DNA of 64,000 nucleotides from positions 5,828,001-5,892,000 of the forward strand of contig CM102289.1 of NCBI GenBank assembly GCA_046563655.1. Reading direction: 5' to 3'. A program made the translations under genes and the position numbers. Source of the DNA: Yuukianura sp. NJ FZ-2021. Lineage: Eukaryota. Below, in pieces: positions 11,463-39,079 of this stretch. The notes beneath the pieces were generated by a model that was not told the DNA's origin, searched no databases, and saw nothing but the letters and a program-made list of their open reading frames with translations. The first letter of the stretch is position 1; each line of letters opens with the position of its first letter.

Positions 11463-12339
11463 TTATAGTCGTTTTAAACCTTCTAAAACACCAAATAACT
11501 TTGACCTGTGAGCTTGAACTTCTTTGACCTTTTGATTCCTTTCACTCATATGCGAGACGTAGTAGTTGATCACATGTTCAAAAGATGGCACTACATCTTC
11601 CAAACACGCTTGTTGAATTGAAAAAGGCAGTGTCACGAGTTGCGACGACGCAAGCGCTTTGAGAAACTTGTAATGCCCGTCACTTTTGGCTGCTGGCTGT
11701 AGAAACTTGTATGGATCGTCTTTAAACAACTTTTTGGTGGCTTCTTTGCGCTTGGCTTCGTTGATTCGCGCCTGCGTCCGATCATCATTCATGTTCAAAA
11801 AGAAAATGGACTTGAGAGCATTGGAGTCACCCGCCAGTCCGCGGTAGCGGTGACTCATGTTAACTGGAGCATATGCTTTAAGCACTTTGCTTTCGTATAA
11901 CCAGATTCGATCTCCGAGGGTTGTGGCTTTATCATCTTCAAGCTCCATGGTGTCCAGAAACTCCGGAGAAACGGGTATTCCAACATCTTCTAGTGGTTTC
12001 AATACTTCCTCTTGCTTTTCCCGTTGATGAATTCGAAACCATTCTTTGAGGGCGTATGGCAGCGAGTCTTCAAATTTTGGCGCCGGTTTTTGCCAAGGTT
12101 CGCGCGCCAATCTCCACTTGGCGACCCGCCTCTGACGAAATATCATCATCATCACGATGACCGATCATCACAGCTTTAAAAATGAAGTTAAACCTTACAT
12201 GACGTGATGCTACTGTGTGGTAGCGTAGCAGTGTCTCCATGATGCCACTGTAAAGCAGAGTACGGTGGTCGTAGTTGAAGTCAATTAGTTGTTCCTTCGT
12301 AAAAGGACCACGTTCATTTGGATTCGGTTCTTCGTCCAT
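11463..12339 (-). CDS. Orphan 2-exon gene, 269 aa, no recognised domain
   Basis: Exon 1 (12339-12199, MDEEPNPNERGPF...VASRH), a GTAAGG...TCAG intron (12198-12132) and exon 2 (12131-11463, RRVAKW...LKRL*) join in phase 0. Confidence 0.7.
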
Positions 12340-13021
12340 TTCAATTCGTCTTTATTGAAGATCAAGGATCATAAAATTCACAACTTTTCAGGGAAAAATA
12401 TTCAATAAAAAAATACATAGCATTTACAAACCAATAAGCAACAACAAGTTGTTGTTGACACAACAACAGTAAACGATTATCGAATTTCTCCACACATTCC
12501 GGCTCCGTATCATCTACCATTTACGCGGATATTGTACTGTTTTCGTTTTCATTTGTATTTCAGAGTTATTAAGTGAAATAAAAATTACTTCTAAATGCTA
12601 CATTAAACATTAGTGACATATTTGATTGGTGATGCTGGCAGAACTATTGTTTCAGGATTTTGACATCTGATAGCGACAGCGACAGTTTATTCTCAGCATT
12701 ATTATATTCATTCTGGCGGAACAGTCGATAAAAACAACTTAAATGAATTAAACTGAAAAGGCAGTTCTTGATTTGGTTCAATTTTTCGCTGAAAATGGCG
12801 CTTTAAAGTTAGGAAAGAGTATTTACCGACTCGAATGGCGAAAATATTTCCTAGAAGAAGAAGAATGTAAGGAAACAAGTTGGACAAAGAAAACAAATTG
12901 GCAACCTTCTCCATATTTTAAATATTAAAATCGCACCTTCCTTCTATGCTTGTTTTCTGAATTGTCGAAGAGTTTTGGGTTTATTATATTAATCATAATT
13001 AAATAATCTCTAAAACTTAAT

Positions 13022-20656
<7,635 letters not shown>

Positions 20657-20775
20657 GTTGCTTCCAAGTTTAGTTTTTAGCGATAATCAAAAACCAAAAT
20701 GGTTGGAGAATTCTTTGAGAACCTGTTCGTAACTGGACTCAAAACGAAATGGATGGACGAGAATGTAGTACGGGG

Positions 20776-20783
20776 CTTTTATA
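20776..20783 (-). promoter_or_regulatory. Candidate TATA box of FAS copy 1
   Basis: TATAAAAG on the minus strand, about 120 bp upstream of the ATG. The aligned position in copy 2 reads TACTAAAAG (~29866-29874). Confidence 0.5.
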
Positions 20784-20796
20784 AGTAAAGTTTATA

Positions 20797-20960
20797 AGTG
20801 TCTCCATGATGCCACTGTGACTGTGACGCAGAGTCGGGTGATCGAAGTAGAGTAGACGTCAATTAAGTGTTCGTTAGTAAAAGGATCACGTTCATTTGGA
20901 CCCGGTTCTACGTACAAGGTACAACCTCTATTGTGAAGGTCATAAAATACACGACTTTCG
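20797..20960 (-). pseudogene. Decayed copy of exon 1 and upstream sequence of the orphan gene at 11463-12339
   Basis: gtgtctccatgatgccactgt and aaagga(c/t)cacgttcatttgga match 12231-12340. The ATG is lost and indels are present. Confidence 0.85.
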
Positions 20961-21658
20961 GTTTTTCTTTCCAACGTTTAAGTTTCCATCCGCTCGAAAA
21001 TCCGGTTGACCATTAGCTGAATTACACAGGTAATTTAAAATCCGGTTTTTGATTTGGTACAAAACCAAGCTTGCTTTAACGCCCAATTGTACAAATGCGC
21101 AAAACGCGTAATGAAAGCTTCAGACGCCACGGGGGGGGGGTCTCGAACGAGTTATAAAACTGAAAAGTTTGATAACTTTTATAACTTTAAGGACTTAAAA
21201 CTTTTCATAGGAATAACAGAAATTTGTACAATGGCTCAAAAAGTCGTTGATATATGTCGATTAATTATCAGGAGTCGTAATTTGACTTTTTCCTGCTAAA
21301 TGGTACTAAAAAGACGGTACAAAACTCAATTTTGTCTAACTAAGTATTATATAATAACACAACAATTAGAAGAACTGGTCCCTGATATTTATGCGCCAGG
21401 GTCTTCCGGATTTTTAGGCTTCTTATACTTATTTAGGTCTGACAATAAGAAAGTTATGACAAAATTCTGCATCCCTTTCTCTCGTGCAATTCGAAGGCCA
21501 TGCGCATGGTGAAACCAATGCTTTTACTATGAAAAATTAGAATGAACGTGATGAGATGAAACATACATTTTTCCAACCACAGACTTTTTTCTCGTCTTTC
21601 ATCAAAAACTGAAAACATGAAGCTTTGGGTAAAGTGAAACGGAATTGCATCTCCTGTA

Positions 21659-21827
21659 CGAGGGGAGATCGACTGCTTTTCAACACAATTTGCTGCAAGC
21701 TTTTTTAAAAAACACAACACAAAAGCATGCAGGAAGTATTACATATTGACATTTTCTGCAAGCTTTTGTATTGTGTTTTTTAAAAAAGCTTGCCGCAAAT
21801 CGTGTTGAAAAGCAGTCGATCTCCCCT
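21659..21827. mobile_element. Short palindromic MITE, possibly mariner-derived
   Basis: Arms of about 75 bp (aggggagatcgactgcttttcaacac... / ...gtgttgaaaagcagtcgatctcccct) with TA next to both ends. The left end reads TA|CGAGGGG; the right end lacks the matching CG. Confidence 0.7.
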
Positions 21828-22090
21828 TACCCCTGTACCCATCTGCCAATTGTTAAGGGAATGGTTCGTTTCCGATTTGACTTTAGCCTGTCATTCTCAT
21901 TAGGAATATACACAGTAGCCTAGGTCTTATAAAGCATAGTTTTTGTTAAAGCAAAGTGCAAATGTGACTATTTTTTTCGAGTTTTACATATTTTAAATCT
22001 TAAAAACTTTGCAAGGTGTTTGGATTTTTGTTTCACCTTTGTCCAAAATTTTCGTACATAATCATAATTTAATTATCTCTTAAACTAAAT

Positions 22091-29720
<7,630 letters not shown>

Positions 29721-31615
29721 GTTGCTTCTAAATTTGTTTTTTAGCGATAAAAAATTCAAAAAGTTCAAATTCAAAAATCAAAATGGCCACTGGAATTCTG
29801 AAAGCTGAGAACCTGTTGGGGACTGGACCCAAGACGAAATGGAAGGAGGAAATGGTAAGACGGGGCTTTTAGTAAAAGTCAAGCTTGTGCAAAAATCAGA
29901 CCAATTCCAAGACAAGTCGCAAATCTGTGCAGTGCGGCTTGGTGCATAGGCGAAGAGGGGTTGCAAAATTGTAACAAAAAATGCCAACACGCTTTCCGTG
30001 TCTGTTCTAATAATTTAAGCGTCTCATGCTACTCTCTTATGTCAAAGACTAAAATTTTCTAATTAGGGGTTTTCAAGGATTAATCCAAAGATCAACTTAT
30101 ATAGTACTAAATACCCAAGAGGTTAATCCGAAAGATACAAAACGGAAATAATCTACCGTGAAAAAATACTTCATGCCACATTAAAGTACTTTTCCCGAAT
30201 CATGATAACTTGCACACTACAGTTTTATACTTGAAAAATGTGCAGAATTGCAAAAATTCTGAAATATTTCTACTATTTCGAAAAAAAAAAATTCTCGCAA
30301 CCCTAAAAACAATTAAATTCTTTTAAAAATTGAACTATTGCACTCAACTTTAAAACTAAATTGCCAATTTGTTGGTTGGAAATTAATTTAGAAACTTTAT
30401 CTCAACTGGTATGCCTACTACCAATTTTTTGATTGACTACTGCATATGTAAAACATACCTGAGTATTAATTGGAATGTAATTTTTAATTAAGTTTCAACT
30501 GAAAGTGTAGAAATTTAAGCATGAATGACTTTCATACAACGGAAGGTCGAACGGGTACTTGGATTTTGACCAGCGCCATAAAAATTGCAATAAAACTTGG
30601 CCTGTTTGCAATTTGTCAATTGTTTCGTTTCCGATTTTAGCAATTAAACAGATCGAGTGTCCAGTTAAGAAAGACTCTAGAAAAATTACGCGTTCTGTTC
30701 CAAGGACGTGACGACGAACTTTTAAAAAGTTTAACAGCATTTTTGCCCTCTAAACGTTCTTTACATTTGGTGATATCGGATATGAGACAAAGTTAAGCAC
30801 GTGAAATTTAACTGATTGGGGAATTGTTGCTTCATAAAACACGGATATCTCAAAAGTAATGCTTCCTTTGGGTGACCTCGAAGAGGTCAAAGTTAGCAGC
30901 TTAGCAGCTTCATCTGTTCAAGGCATGTTCACAGTTGACCTTTGCTAATCGACTAGTCTTGACCTGCTCATCACTTGTGTAATTATTGCAAATTGCAACT
31001 GTTCCCTTACTATAATACGCATAATACTACTGGACTTGACCTTTTTTCCAAATCGCTGCCAATTTTGTGTCATCTTTATCTCTTTCTTATTCCACAGCAA
31101 ATTAAAAAGTTGCCAATTTTTTTCTTCTAAAACTGAACTTCATGCTACAGAACATGTGGAATATCCGGGTCAAAGGTTGTACATTAGATAAAAAAAATGT
31201 GTATACCGGAACAGAAAAAAAAATAGAAAAAAACAAGACAGAACGAAAAAGAAAAAATGAAAAAATTACTCCTTTGAACAGTTTTCGTAAAAGTTTATTC
31301 AAAAATTTGATGCGTTGCAAGTCAGTGATTGAATGAAATTACAATTTTCTCTTTATAGGATAATAAACGACATTAAAATGTACAGTGAAAGCCAGTAAAA
31401 CCTCGAAATGAGAATGTAAACAAAACTTAAACTATTTAAGCAGAATAATGTCATTCATTGTTAATGTTAACGCTTTGTCACAGTACCGAGAATCATCTAA
31501 ATTGATAAATACATTGTGTTCACGTGGCTAGCACTGTACAACATCGTGGAGGTTAAGTGGGCGGCAAGGTTAGCGAGACTTCACAAATTGGTCAACTCAA
31601 TTCTTTTTTTAAATT

Positions 31616-32803
31616 TTAAGAATTTAAAAAGCGTGACACGATTGGAGCCACAGAATGGGGGTCGTTGAGATGGAAATGATGAGTTCCAGGAACAGCGTGA
31701 TATTCAAGTCGTTCTGAACTTGTTCTCATGAGGTCAACTATTCTGTCATAGTTGGCACGCGGTTCGTAGTCACCGCCGGGTTCACCCTTGATGAAACAAA
31801 CTGGAGCTTTGATGTTACTAGCCAGTTCTTCGGTATGTCCAGGTGAAAATCGCCATAACCCCGTGGGAAAAACCGCTTTCGGATCATGTGCAAACCGGTA
31901 TGTGTTGTTGGGCATGCGCACTGATCCACGCACCATCAGTGTTCGACATCCCTCCATGCTGATGGTTCCGCTTCGTCCATCGTAGAATCTTTTCACTAAC
32001 TCGTCAAAGTTATACGACGGCGGTGCTTTCCCTATAGCCCCTTTGTATTCAATTTCTAATAGTTTCGACAAAGCGTATCGAATTTCAGCTCGAACGTTGC
32101 GTGGAATTGGACGAACATTTTCGAGGGCAATGAACCTCTCGACGTGTCTAAAAATCAAAGCAAAATAAATTTTAGGTTTTCCTTTCAAAATTTTTAAACC
32201 TTTGAAAATTTGAAACTTACTCAGGAAAAACACCAGTAAATACGAATCCGACAATTGCTCCGAGAGAATGTCCCAAAATTGAAAATTTCTCCCAACCGTA
32301 GTGATGCATTACTGATTTGATGGCTAACATGGACTCTACATGGAGGTCGTAGTGCACAGTGGCGACGTGGGACGAGAGACCATGTCCAGGGAAGTCAATA
32401 CACAGGGCCGTCATGTCTGGTTTCATAATGAGCGGCAAAAGGGGATCAAATGTTCCCGCGTTGTCTAACCACCCATGCATACATAAAATTGGATTTGATC
32501 CGTCAGCGTTTCGGCCCTGCCACAATTTTCCTGTGAAAACAAAACGGAAAATCGCTTAGATATTCTGAATTTTTTTTTTAAAAATGGGAAGTTCTTTGTT
32601 TTTTGAAAACCAAAATTACCTGCAACATATCCTCCAATTGAAGGAATTCTTACTTCCGTAACTGTATAGTCCGCCTGTGGCTCAAGTCGCGGTTTTAATT
32701 CTGTAGCTCCCATAGCAGAACTCAGCTTTCTCAAAATGGCAGCCGAAATACCGTTATGCACGACGGCCTGTCGACTTCCAGCCAAAATTTTGCCCGCAAG
32801 CAT
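31616..32803 (-). CDS. Alpha/beta-fold serine hydrolase, kraken/SERHL-like (3 coding exons)
   Basis: HGWLDNAGTF oxyanion motif, IDFPGHGLSSH, nucleophile elbow GHSLG, C-terminal GTHHFH. The N-terminus is Arg/Ser-rich and lacks acidic residues. Confidence 0.9.
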
Positions 32804-33150
32804 TTTGAAGTCCTAATTTTTTAAAAAGGAATGTACAAAATTTTCAATGAATTTTGAATTTTGACACCTTTTGTCAAAACGGCTCTCGCTAGACGCTTTC
32901 TGTCCAGCGACTCTTTGAAGACAGGGGGAATTGTATCGGGAAGAGAAGCATTTTCTGAGGTGGTGTCAAAAGACACGAAGTGGTTGGCTGAATCGCGTCA
33001 GTTGCCAATTGCCAAATTGTACTACACTAGTACTACTCAAATTGACTTCCCAAGATTCAAGTCTACAAAAGTTTTTGCATGATAATTATCATTAAAAACG
33101 CAACTACTAACTTTTTGGACTTGGACAAGTTGAATTTGTGGGAAGAGGAA

Positions 33151-33310
33151 TCAGTTAGCTCTTGCACTTGCTGCTCCGTAGAAGACCAAAAGACGCGCAA
33201 AAGGAGCGTTTACAAAGAGGAAGAAACCAAAAATTCACAACTTTTAATTGTTGTCGACCTTGGTCCTTGGAAGTTCCTACTTCATTTGTTGACTTCCACT
33301 TCTTCAAAAG
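33151..33310 (+). promoter_or_regulatory. Candidate initiator and non-coding first exon of the acyl-CoA synthetase, head-to-head with the hydrolase
   Basis: TCAGTT (arthropod Inr consensus) at 33151, followed by about 160 nt of higher-GC sequence ending at a GTAAAA donor-like site. Confidence 0.35.
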
Positions 33311-34347
33311 AGTAAAAACTTTTTTGTTTTTTTCTAAAAAATATTTTGCTTTTGAAAACGGCATAAGGACCTTTTTAAGATCTGCTGAGTAAAGCATGCA
33401 CATAAGATTCGTACAGAAAGCCAATTTCTAGATTTTTTTTTAAATTTTCAATTAGAATGCTGTAGCTTCTTTTTTTTTTTTGAAATTTCATTTTCAAATT
33501 TGTTTCGACTATGTTTGAACGATGTCACATTATAATAACTTAGATCGATGGAAATGGAGGGCTCCTTGTAGATTAGATAGTGAAATCTTGAAAATGGGAT
33601 TTTTTCAAAAACGAAGTTTAAAAACATTCTCGTTCTAAATTCCATCGGGCCATTTTCCGGGGAAAATTGCACCAATTTTTATTTACTTCTTGTTTGTTTT
33701 CAAAATAGCCATGAACTTTATGTAACTCAAATTGGTACGTTCTTTCTCTAATCTTGGTAGAGTTATTGAAATGAGCATGAAAATGAAATTTCAAATTCAG
33801 TTCTCACAATTCACTTCTTCAATGCTATAAGGATTAAAAAAAATCTGGATTCTGGATTAACTGGTCGGGGAAATTGAATATCAAATGTTACAAACAACAT
33901 AAAATAAAATAAATTTTACAACAATCTGAAAGAGTCGCTAAAATATAAAAAATGGACAAAAACAAATGCGTTTTCTTAATTTCTAACGTTTAGCGTTTTC
34001 ATTTCAAGTTGAACAGGCTTTTAAACCTCCTTTGCAATTTTGTGATTAGTAGATAACTAAAGAAACGACAAGTAAGTTATAACGCTTCGATATCCCGAAT
34101 TTACTATTGTTCCAACATTTTAGCAAAGTAAGACTCAAAGTGGCTCAACCCGTTTTGAAATAAAAAAAAATTCTTTTCCTTTTGTTGTTCCAATTTGAAT
34201 TGCGCAATTTGCAATTTTTGAAACTAGATTTTTTTTTTCCAAATTCCATACCTATTTCTATTTAGAATAGAAAATTATTTTATTTTACGTTTAGTAGACT
34301 CTTACGTTTCTAAATTTTAATCAGTTTTTAACGAGTAAATATTCAAG

Positions 34348-37300
34348 ATGCGACTTCTAACTAAACTTCCGTATTTTTTTAATCGTAGCTGCAAGTTTCT
34401 GACTTTCAACCTAGACCGACAGATACTCACAAGGGTAACAATAGCAGCGTAAGTTATACAAGTTAAATTGAAAATTTTTAAATTTGGAAATTTGAAAAAT
34501 AAAAATGACTAAAATGAAAATGAAATGGCCAACAGGTTTAGAATGGGTCATTGCAATGGGAATGGATTTTACGCCACGTCTGCGCATAGTCCACCACTGA
34601 AACCCGACAAAGTGAGCTATTTGAGCGTCCCTGGAAAGTACCCACTTCTTGGTCTCACTATAGGTCAACTCATTGACCTATCGGTGGAAAGATACGGTAA
34701 TTCACATGGACTTATTGTCAGTGACCTCAACATCTACAAAACATTTGCTCAACTAAAGCAAGAGGTAAAGATTTCTGGCAACTTCTTAAAACAAATTCAA
34801 TTTTCAAAACAATTTTTCAAACCTTTAGTAAAACGTTTGAAACAAACCTCGTTTCGTCGCAGATTGATGCGCTTGCTGCTGGATTTTTGAGCTTAGGTTT
34901 TACAAAAGGCGATCGAATTGGTATTTGGGGTCCAAACAGTTATGAATACTATTTGACACAAATGGCTTGCTGGAAGGCTGGTCTTGTTCTGGTAACTTCT
35001 AAAAATTAAAAAAACAAAGCTATTTTTTGACATTGTGGTAACAGATTGTCCTAATAATTAAACAACAATTATGCTTATCGTAATTGCAGGTGAACATTAA
35101 CTCGGCTTACCAGGCTCCAGAATTGCTTTTTTGTCTCCAAAATGTTAATATCCACTGCCTCGTTATCGCTCCAAATTTTAAGACGCAGGACTTCTACGCC
35201 ATGGTTACTGAAGTTGTTCCAGAAATCCCATCTTCGAAGCCTGGGAAAATTAGGAGCTCAGTAGTTCCTGAATTCACTACGCTTATAACTATGGGAGAGG
35301 ATCACAAAAAGTGAGACATACAGAACAAAAATTACACAAATAATTAAGTTAAATTATAGGATAATTACTTTGACGTCATTCTTGTTTAATAGCGGAGCAT
35401 TCACACTGAAAGAAGTGTTGAGACGAGGTGAATCCAACGATTCCAAGATTCTCCTGGGAGGAATTCTACCGACCGTCCAATTTGATGATGTTTGCAACAT
35501 CCAGTTCACTTCGGTAAGGAAAACCACAAAAACATAAAACACGTTTTTCTTTAAAACATCATTTTAATTTAGTTTTATGTTATTATGAATAACCTGTTCT
35601 TACTAATTTGCAGGGTACAACCGGAAATCCCAAAGGTAAGACGCAGGAACTAAAAAAACAAATCATTGACATTAATTTCTTTTCACGGCGTAATTCTAAG
35701 GTGCAATGCTCACTCATCATAACATCATCAACAACAGCTTTTTCATTGGACAGAGATTCCAGTTTTCTCCAAATGTAAGTCTATAAAAATATACAATTTT
35801 TGTTTACAAATTATAAATTCAAATCATAATTTCAAATTCTTGTAAACATACCTATTTAGGACAGGATTTGCCTTACGGTTCCACTTTTCCATTGTTACGG
35901 AAGTGTCATTGGAACGCTCGTGGGTCTTCACTATGGATCTGCAATTGTCATTCCAGCAGCAGCATTTTCAGGACAAGCAAGTATTCAGGCTGCAGCAAAG
36001 GAACGTTGCACAGTGATGTACGGCACGCCTACAATGCACATTGCCATGATGAATGCTCCGGATTTCGGAAACCATGACCTGTCATCCCTGCGTCTCGCAT
36101 GTACAGCAGGAGCCATTTGTCCTGAAGAACTCATCCGCGAAATGAAGACAAAGTACACCGTGGAAACTGTTGGAGTAAAAAAACATAAAAGCTTAAACTC
36201 ACTTTTAAAAGAGTTGAAACCTTAGTTAAAATGTTTAAAAAAACGAACTTGCCTTTGGTAGAGTCTTTACGGAATGACGGAAACTTCTCCAGTTTCATTC
36301 ACGAGTTTACCCGAGGATTGCGACACTCTCCGAGCAGAAACTGTTGGATACCCAATGGAACACTGTGAGGTAATACAAAAGTTGTCAAAAACAATTAGAA
36401 ACTTGTTTTGATTGTTGAAAACTTACGGCAGGTGAAAGTTGTGGACACTGATGGAAAAATTGTTCCATTGGGAACTCCAGGTGAATTATGCACAAGAGGT
36501 TACGTGACCATGTCCGGGTATTACGGAGACAAAGAAAAAACGGAAATGATTTTCAAGCCGACAAAATGGCTCCATACCGGGTAAAACTAATCATCAACAC
36601 AAAAAAATTTGATTCCCGGACTCGAACGGACGGTCACTAACGGCCCGATATACTAACGGACGGTCACGAACGGACGGTCACTAACGGACGTTCACTAACG
36701 GACGGTCCCCAACGGACGTTCACTAACGGACGGTCACCAACGGACGGGCACTAACGGACGGTCACCAACGGACGGGCACCAACGGACGGTCACCAATGGA
36801 CACATACTCTAATGGACACTTACTCTAGTGGACACGGTCACTAATGGACATTGACACACGTTGCTTCAGTCACTGAAAATTTACTGATTTTTGAACTTAG
36901 CGGCAATAGCCTAAGTTAATTAACCAAACATACAACCTAATCACAACTGCCAATTTTTATAACCTAACACCGCGCCTTCGGCGCGGGAAAATTAAAGCAG
37001 ATTTACTGAATTAATTAGTAAATAATGTTGCCAACTTGAATTCAGAGCCGACTTTATTGTCGCTGCGTTTCAAAAATTTGTAAATTTTCAGTGACTGAAA
37101 CAAGGTGTCAATGTCCATGAGTGACCGTCCGTTAGAGTAAGTGTCCATTGGAGTATGTGTCCATTGGTGACCGTCCGTTGGTGCCCGTCCGTTGGTGACC
37201 GTCCGTTAGTGCCCGTCCGTTGGTGACCGTCCGTTAGCAGAGTTGTATATTTTTAAGGGTCGGGTAGTTTTTTTAGTTTCAGTTAAAGAAACTGAAATAA

Positions 37301-38731
37301 ATTAAATATATTAAAGAAACTTAAAGAAACTACAGCTGTTTTCTTTAAGTCTATAAATTTAATTTGGGGAAGCAAACTTTAGTTTAACCTTAAAAAAACT
37401 AAAGAAACTGAAAGAAACTAAAAAAACTGAAATTAACTAAAAGATTTAGAATTAAACATGTAAAGCATGCAGAGCTAACACGTTGGCAGCCTGAATGCCT
37501 GCAGAAGTGTTTCCTTTCGCGAAGCGTGTAACTTAAAGTGTGACACACGCACACCGTATGATCTTTATGCCCGTGACCTCTGCGACCTTTTTCTAAAAAA
37601 AACGTTTTTTCCCACGTTTTAACTGGAATTAACGTTTTCCATTCGGGAATGACCTCTGATTTAGTAGGTTACGCGTACGTATAGAGGTCAACGGCAATTC
37701 GGAGGACAATGAACTCAAGCTACTTTGACCTAAAAACTAGGTCGCAGACATAATTTCATGCGAATACGAGGCTTATTTTTTCAAAAATGATGTAGATTTT
37801 TGAGTTCGCAGGCTATCTCCGCCCGTTTTTCGTAGTTTTTTTAAGTCAATTTTTAACCCAAAAGCAAAATTTAGTTTAGCCTAAATAAACTTAAATAAAT
37901 TAAAAAAACTAAAAAAATTAAAGAAACTTAAAAAAACTACAGCTGTTTTGTTTAGTTTCGTTTGTTTAACTCGAAGGTTTTTTTAACGTAGGGTTTTTTT
38001 AAGTAAATTTCAGTTTTTTTAACTTTTAGCCTAAACGTTAAATATTTAACTTCTAACTCTGTCCGTTAGTGAACGTCCGTTGGGGACCGTCCGTTAGTGA
38101 ACGTCCGTTAGTGACCGTCCGTTCGTGACCGTCCGTTAGTATATCGGGCCGTTAGTGACCGTCCGTTAATGCCTGGTTACGAAAAATTTAACCTTTCAAA
38201 TTTCAGAACACTTTATTTGAAAGTATAACTTTATTTCTACCTTGAATTTGGCCATTGGCGTTGATATTTCCAGTGATCTTGTTGTGATGCGAGAGAGCGG
38301 ACATGCCTCCATTGTCGGAAGAATCAAGGACACAATTATCCGAGGGGGAGAAAACATTTATCCAAAAGAAATTGAAGAATTTCTGCACACAAATCCAGCA
38401 ATTTTGGAAGCACAAGTTTTCGGAATCCCTGACTATCGAATGGGCGAAGAAGTGGCTGCCTGGATCCTTCTCAAAGACGGAGTCACGCTTTCAGAAGACC
38501 AAGTCAAAACGTTCTGCAAAGGAAAAGTAAGTCAATTTAAGTAATTGTATTAATGAATTGCTTACTTTGTGTTTTTAATTACCTTTTCTTCATCAGATTG
38601 CTCATTACAAAGTACCTCGCCATATCTTTTTCGTAACCGAGTTTCCAAAAACCGTTTCCGGTAAACTCCAAAAACACAAGATGCGTGAAGAAACGATTAA
38701 GCGAATGCAAGGAGCTCCACAACCTGGATAA
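34348..38731 (+). CDS. ACSF2: Acyl-CoA synthetase, ACSF2-like (AMP-binding enzyme)
   Basis: [82 protein letters not shown]. Exon 1 ([16 protein letters not shown]...) resembles a mitochondrial presequence. Confidence 0.92.
36611..38180. mobile_element. Foldback/Mutator-like non-autonomous element with modular (about 15 bp unit) long inverted repeats, in an ACSF2 intron
   Basis: Left arm of (ctaacggacggtcac)n variants at ~36623-36880 is mirrored by the right arm at ~37080-37237 plus 38062-38168. Flanks are aaaaaattt / gaaaaattt (8 of 9 match), with G...C termini. Confidence 0.8.
37238..38061. mobile_element. hAT-like non-autonomous element nested in the right arm of the foldback element
   Basis: Termini CAGAGTT...AACTCTG, with a perfect 8-bp TSD TCCGTTAG at 37230-37237 and 38062-38069. 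Internal repeats aaagaaact / ctacagctgttt. Confidence 0.85.
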
Positions 38732-39079
38732 AACTAATCTTTCCACTTGACACAAAAATGTAACTTAAGTTTCCGTACATTCACAATCGTATGTAAAGTA
38801 CATGTACAACTCACATTCAACTTGTACTAAACTCACATATCTTAAGAGCTTTAATTTCTGATGACATTTTGAACTTAACCAAATAAGTCCGATCAAAAGC
38901 ACAAATTAAAGATTAAGGATGCTAAAGTCCAGTACTGCTAGTCAAATCAAAGTGTCCTCTACCACAACTAATTAGTTTTGTAGAACCTCTACAGCCAAAA
39001 CACCATAAACAGAAGATTAGTTAGTGATATAGTTAATTAATTACAAATTATTAGAATGATTCGTGAAATAAGACGGTCC

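Noticed and set aside
21060..21440. Possible transposon remnant with a G run between the FAS copies
   Set aside because: No TIR pair, TSD or coding similarity could be identified.
36620..36850. Regular short repeats resembling a CRISPR array
   Set aside because: The units are contiguous with no unique spacers, are mirrored as an inverted arm, and lie in a eukaryotic intron with no cas genes.
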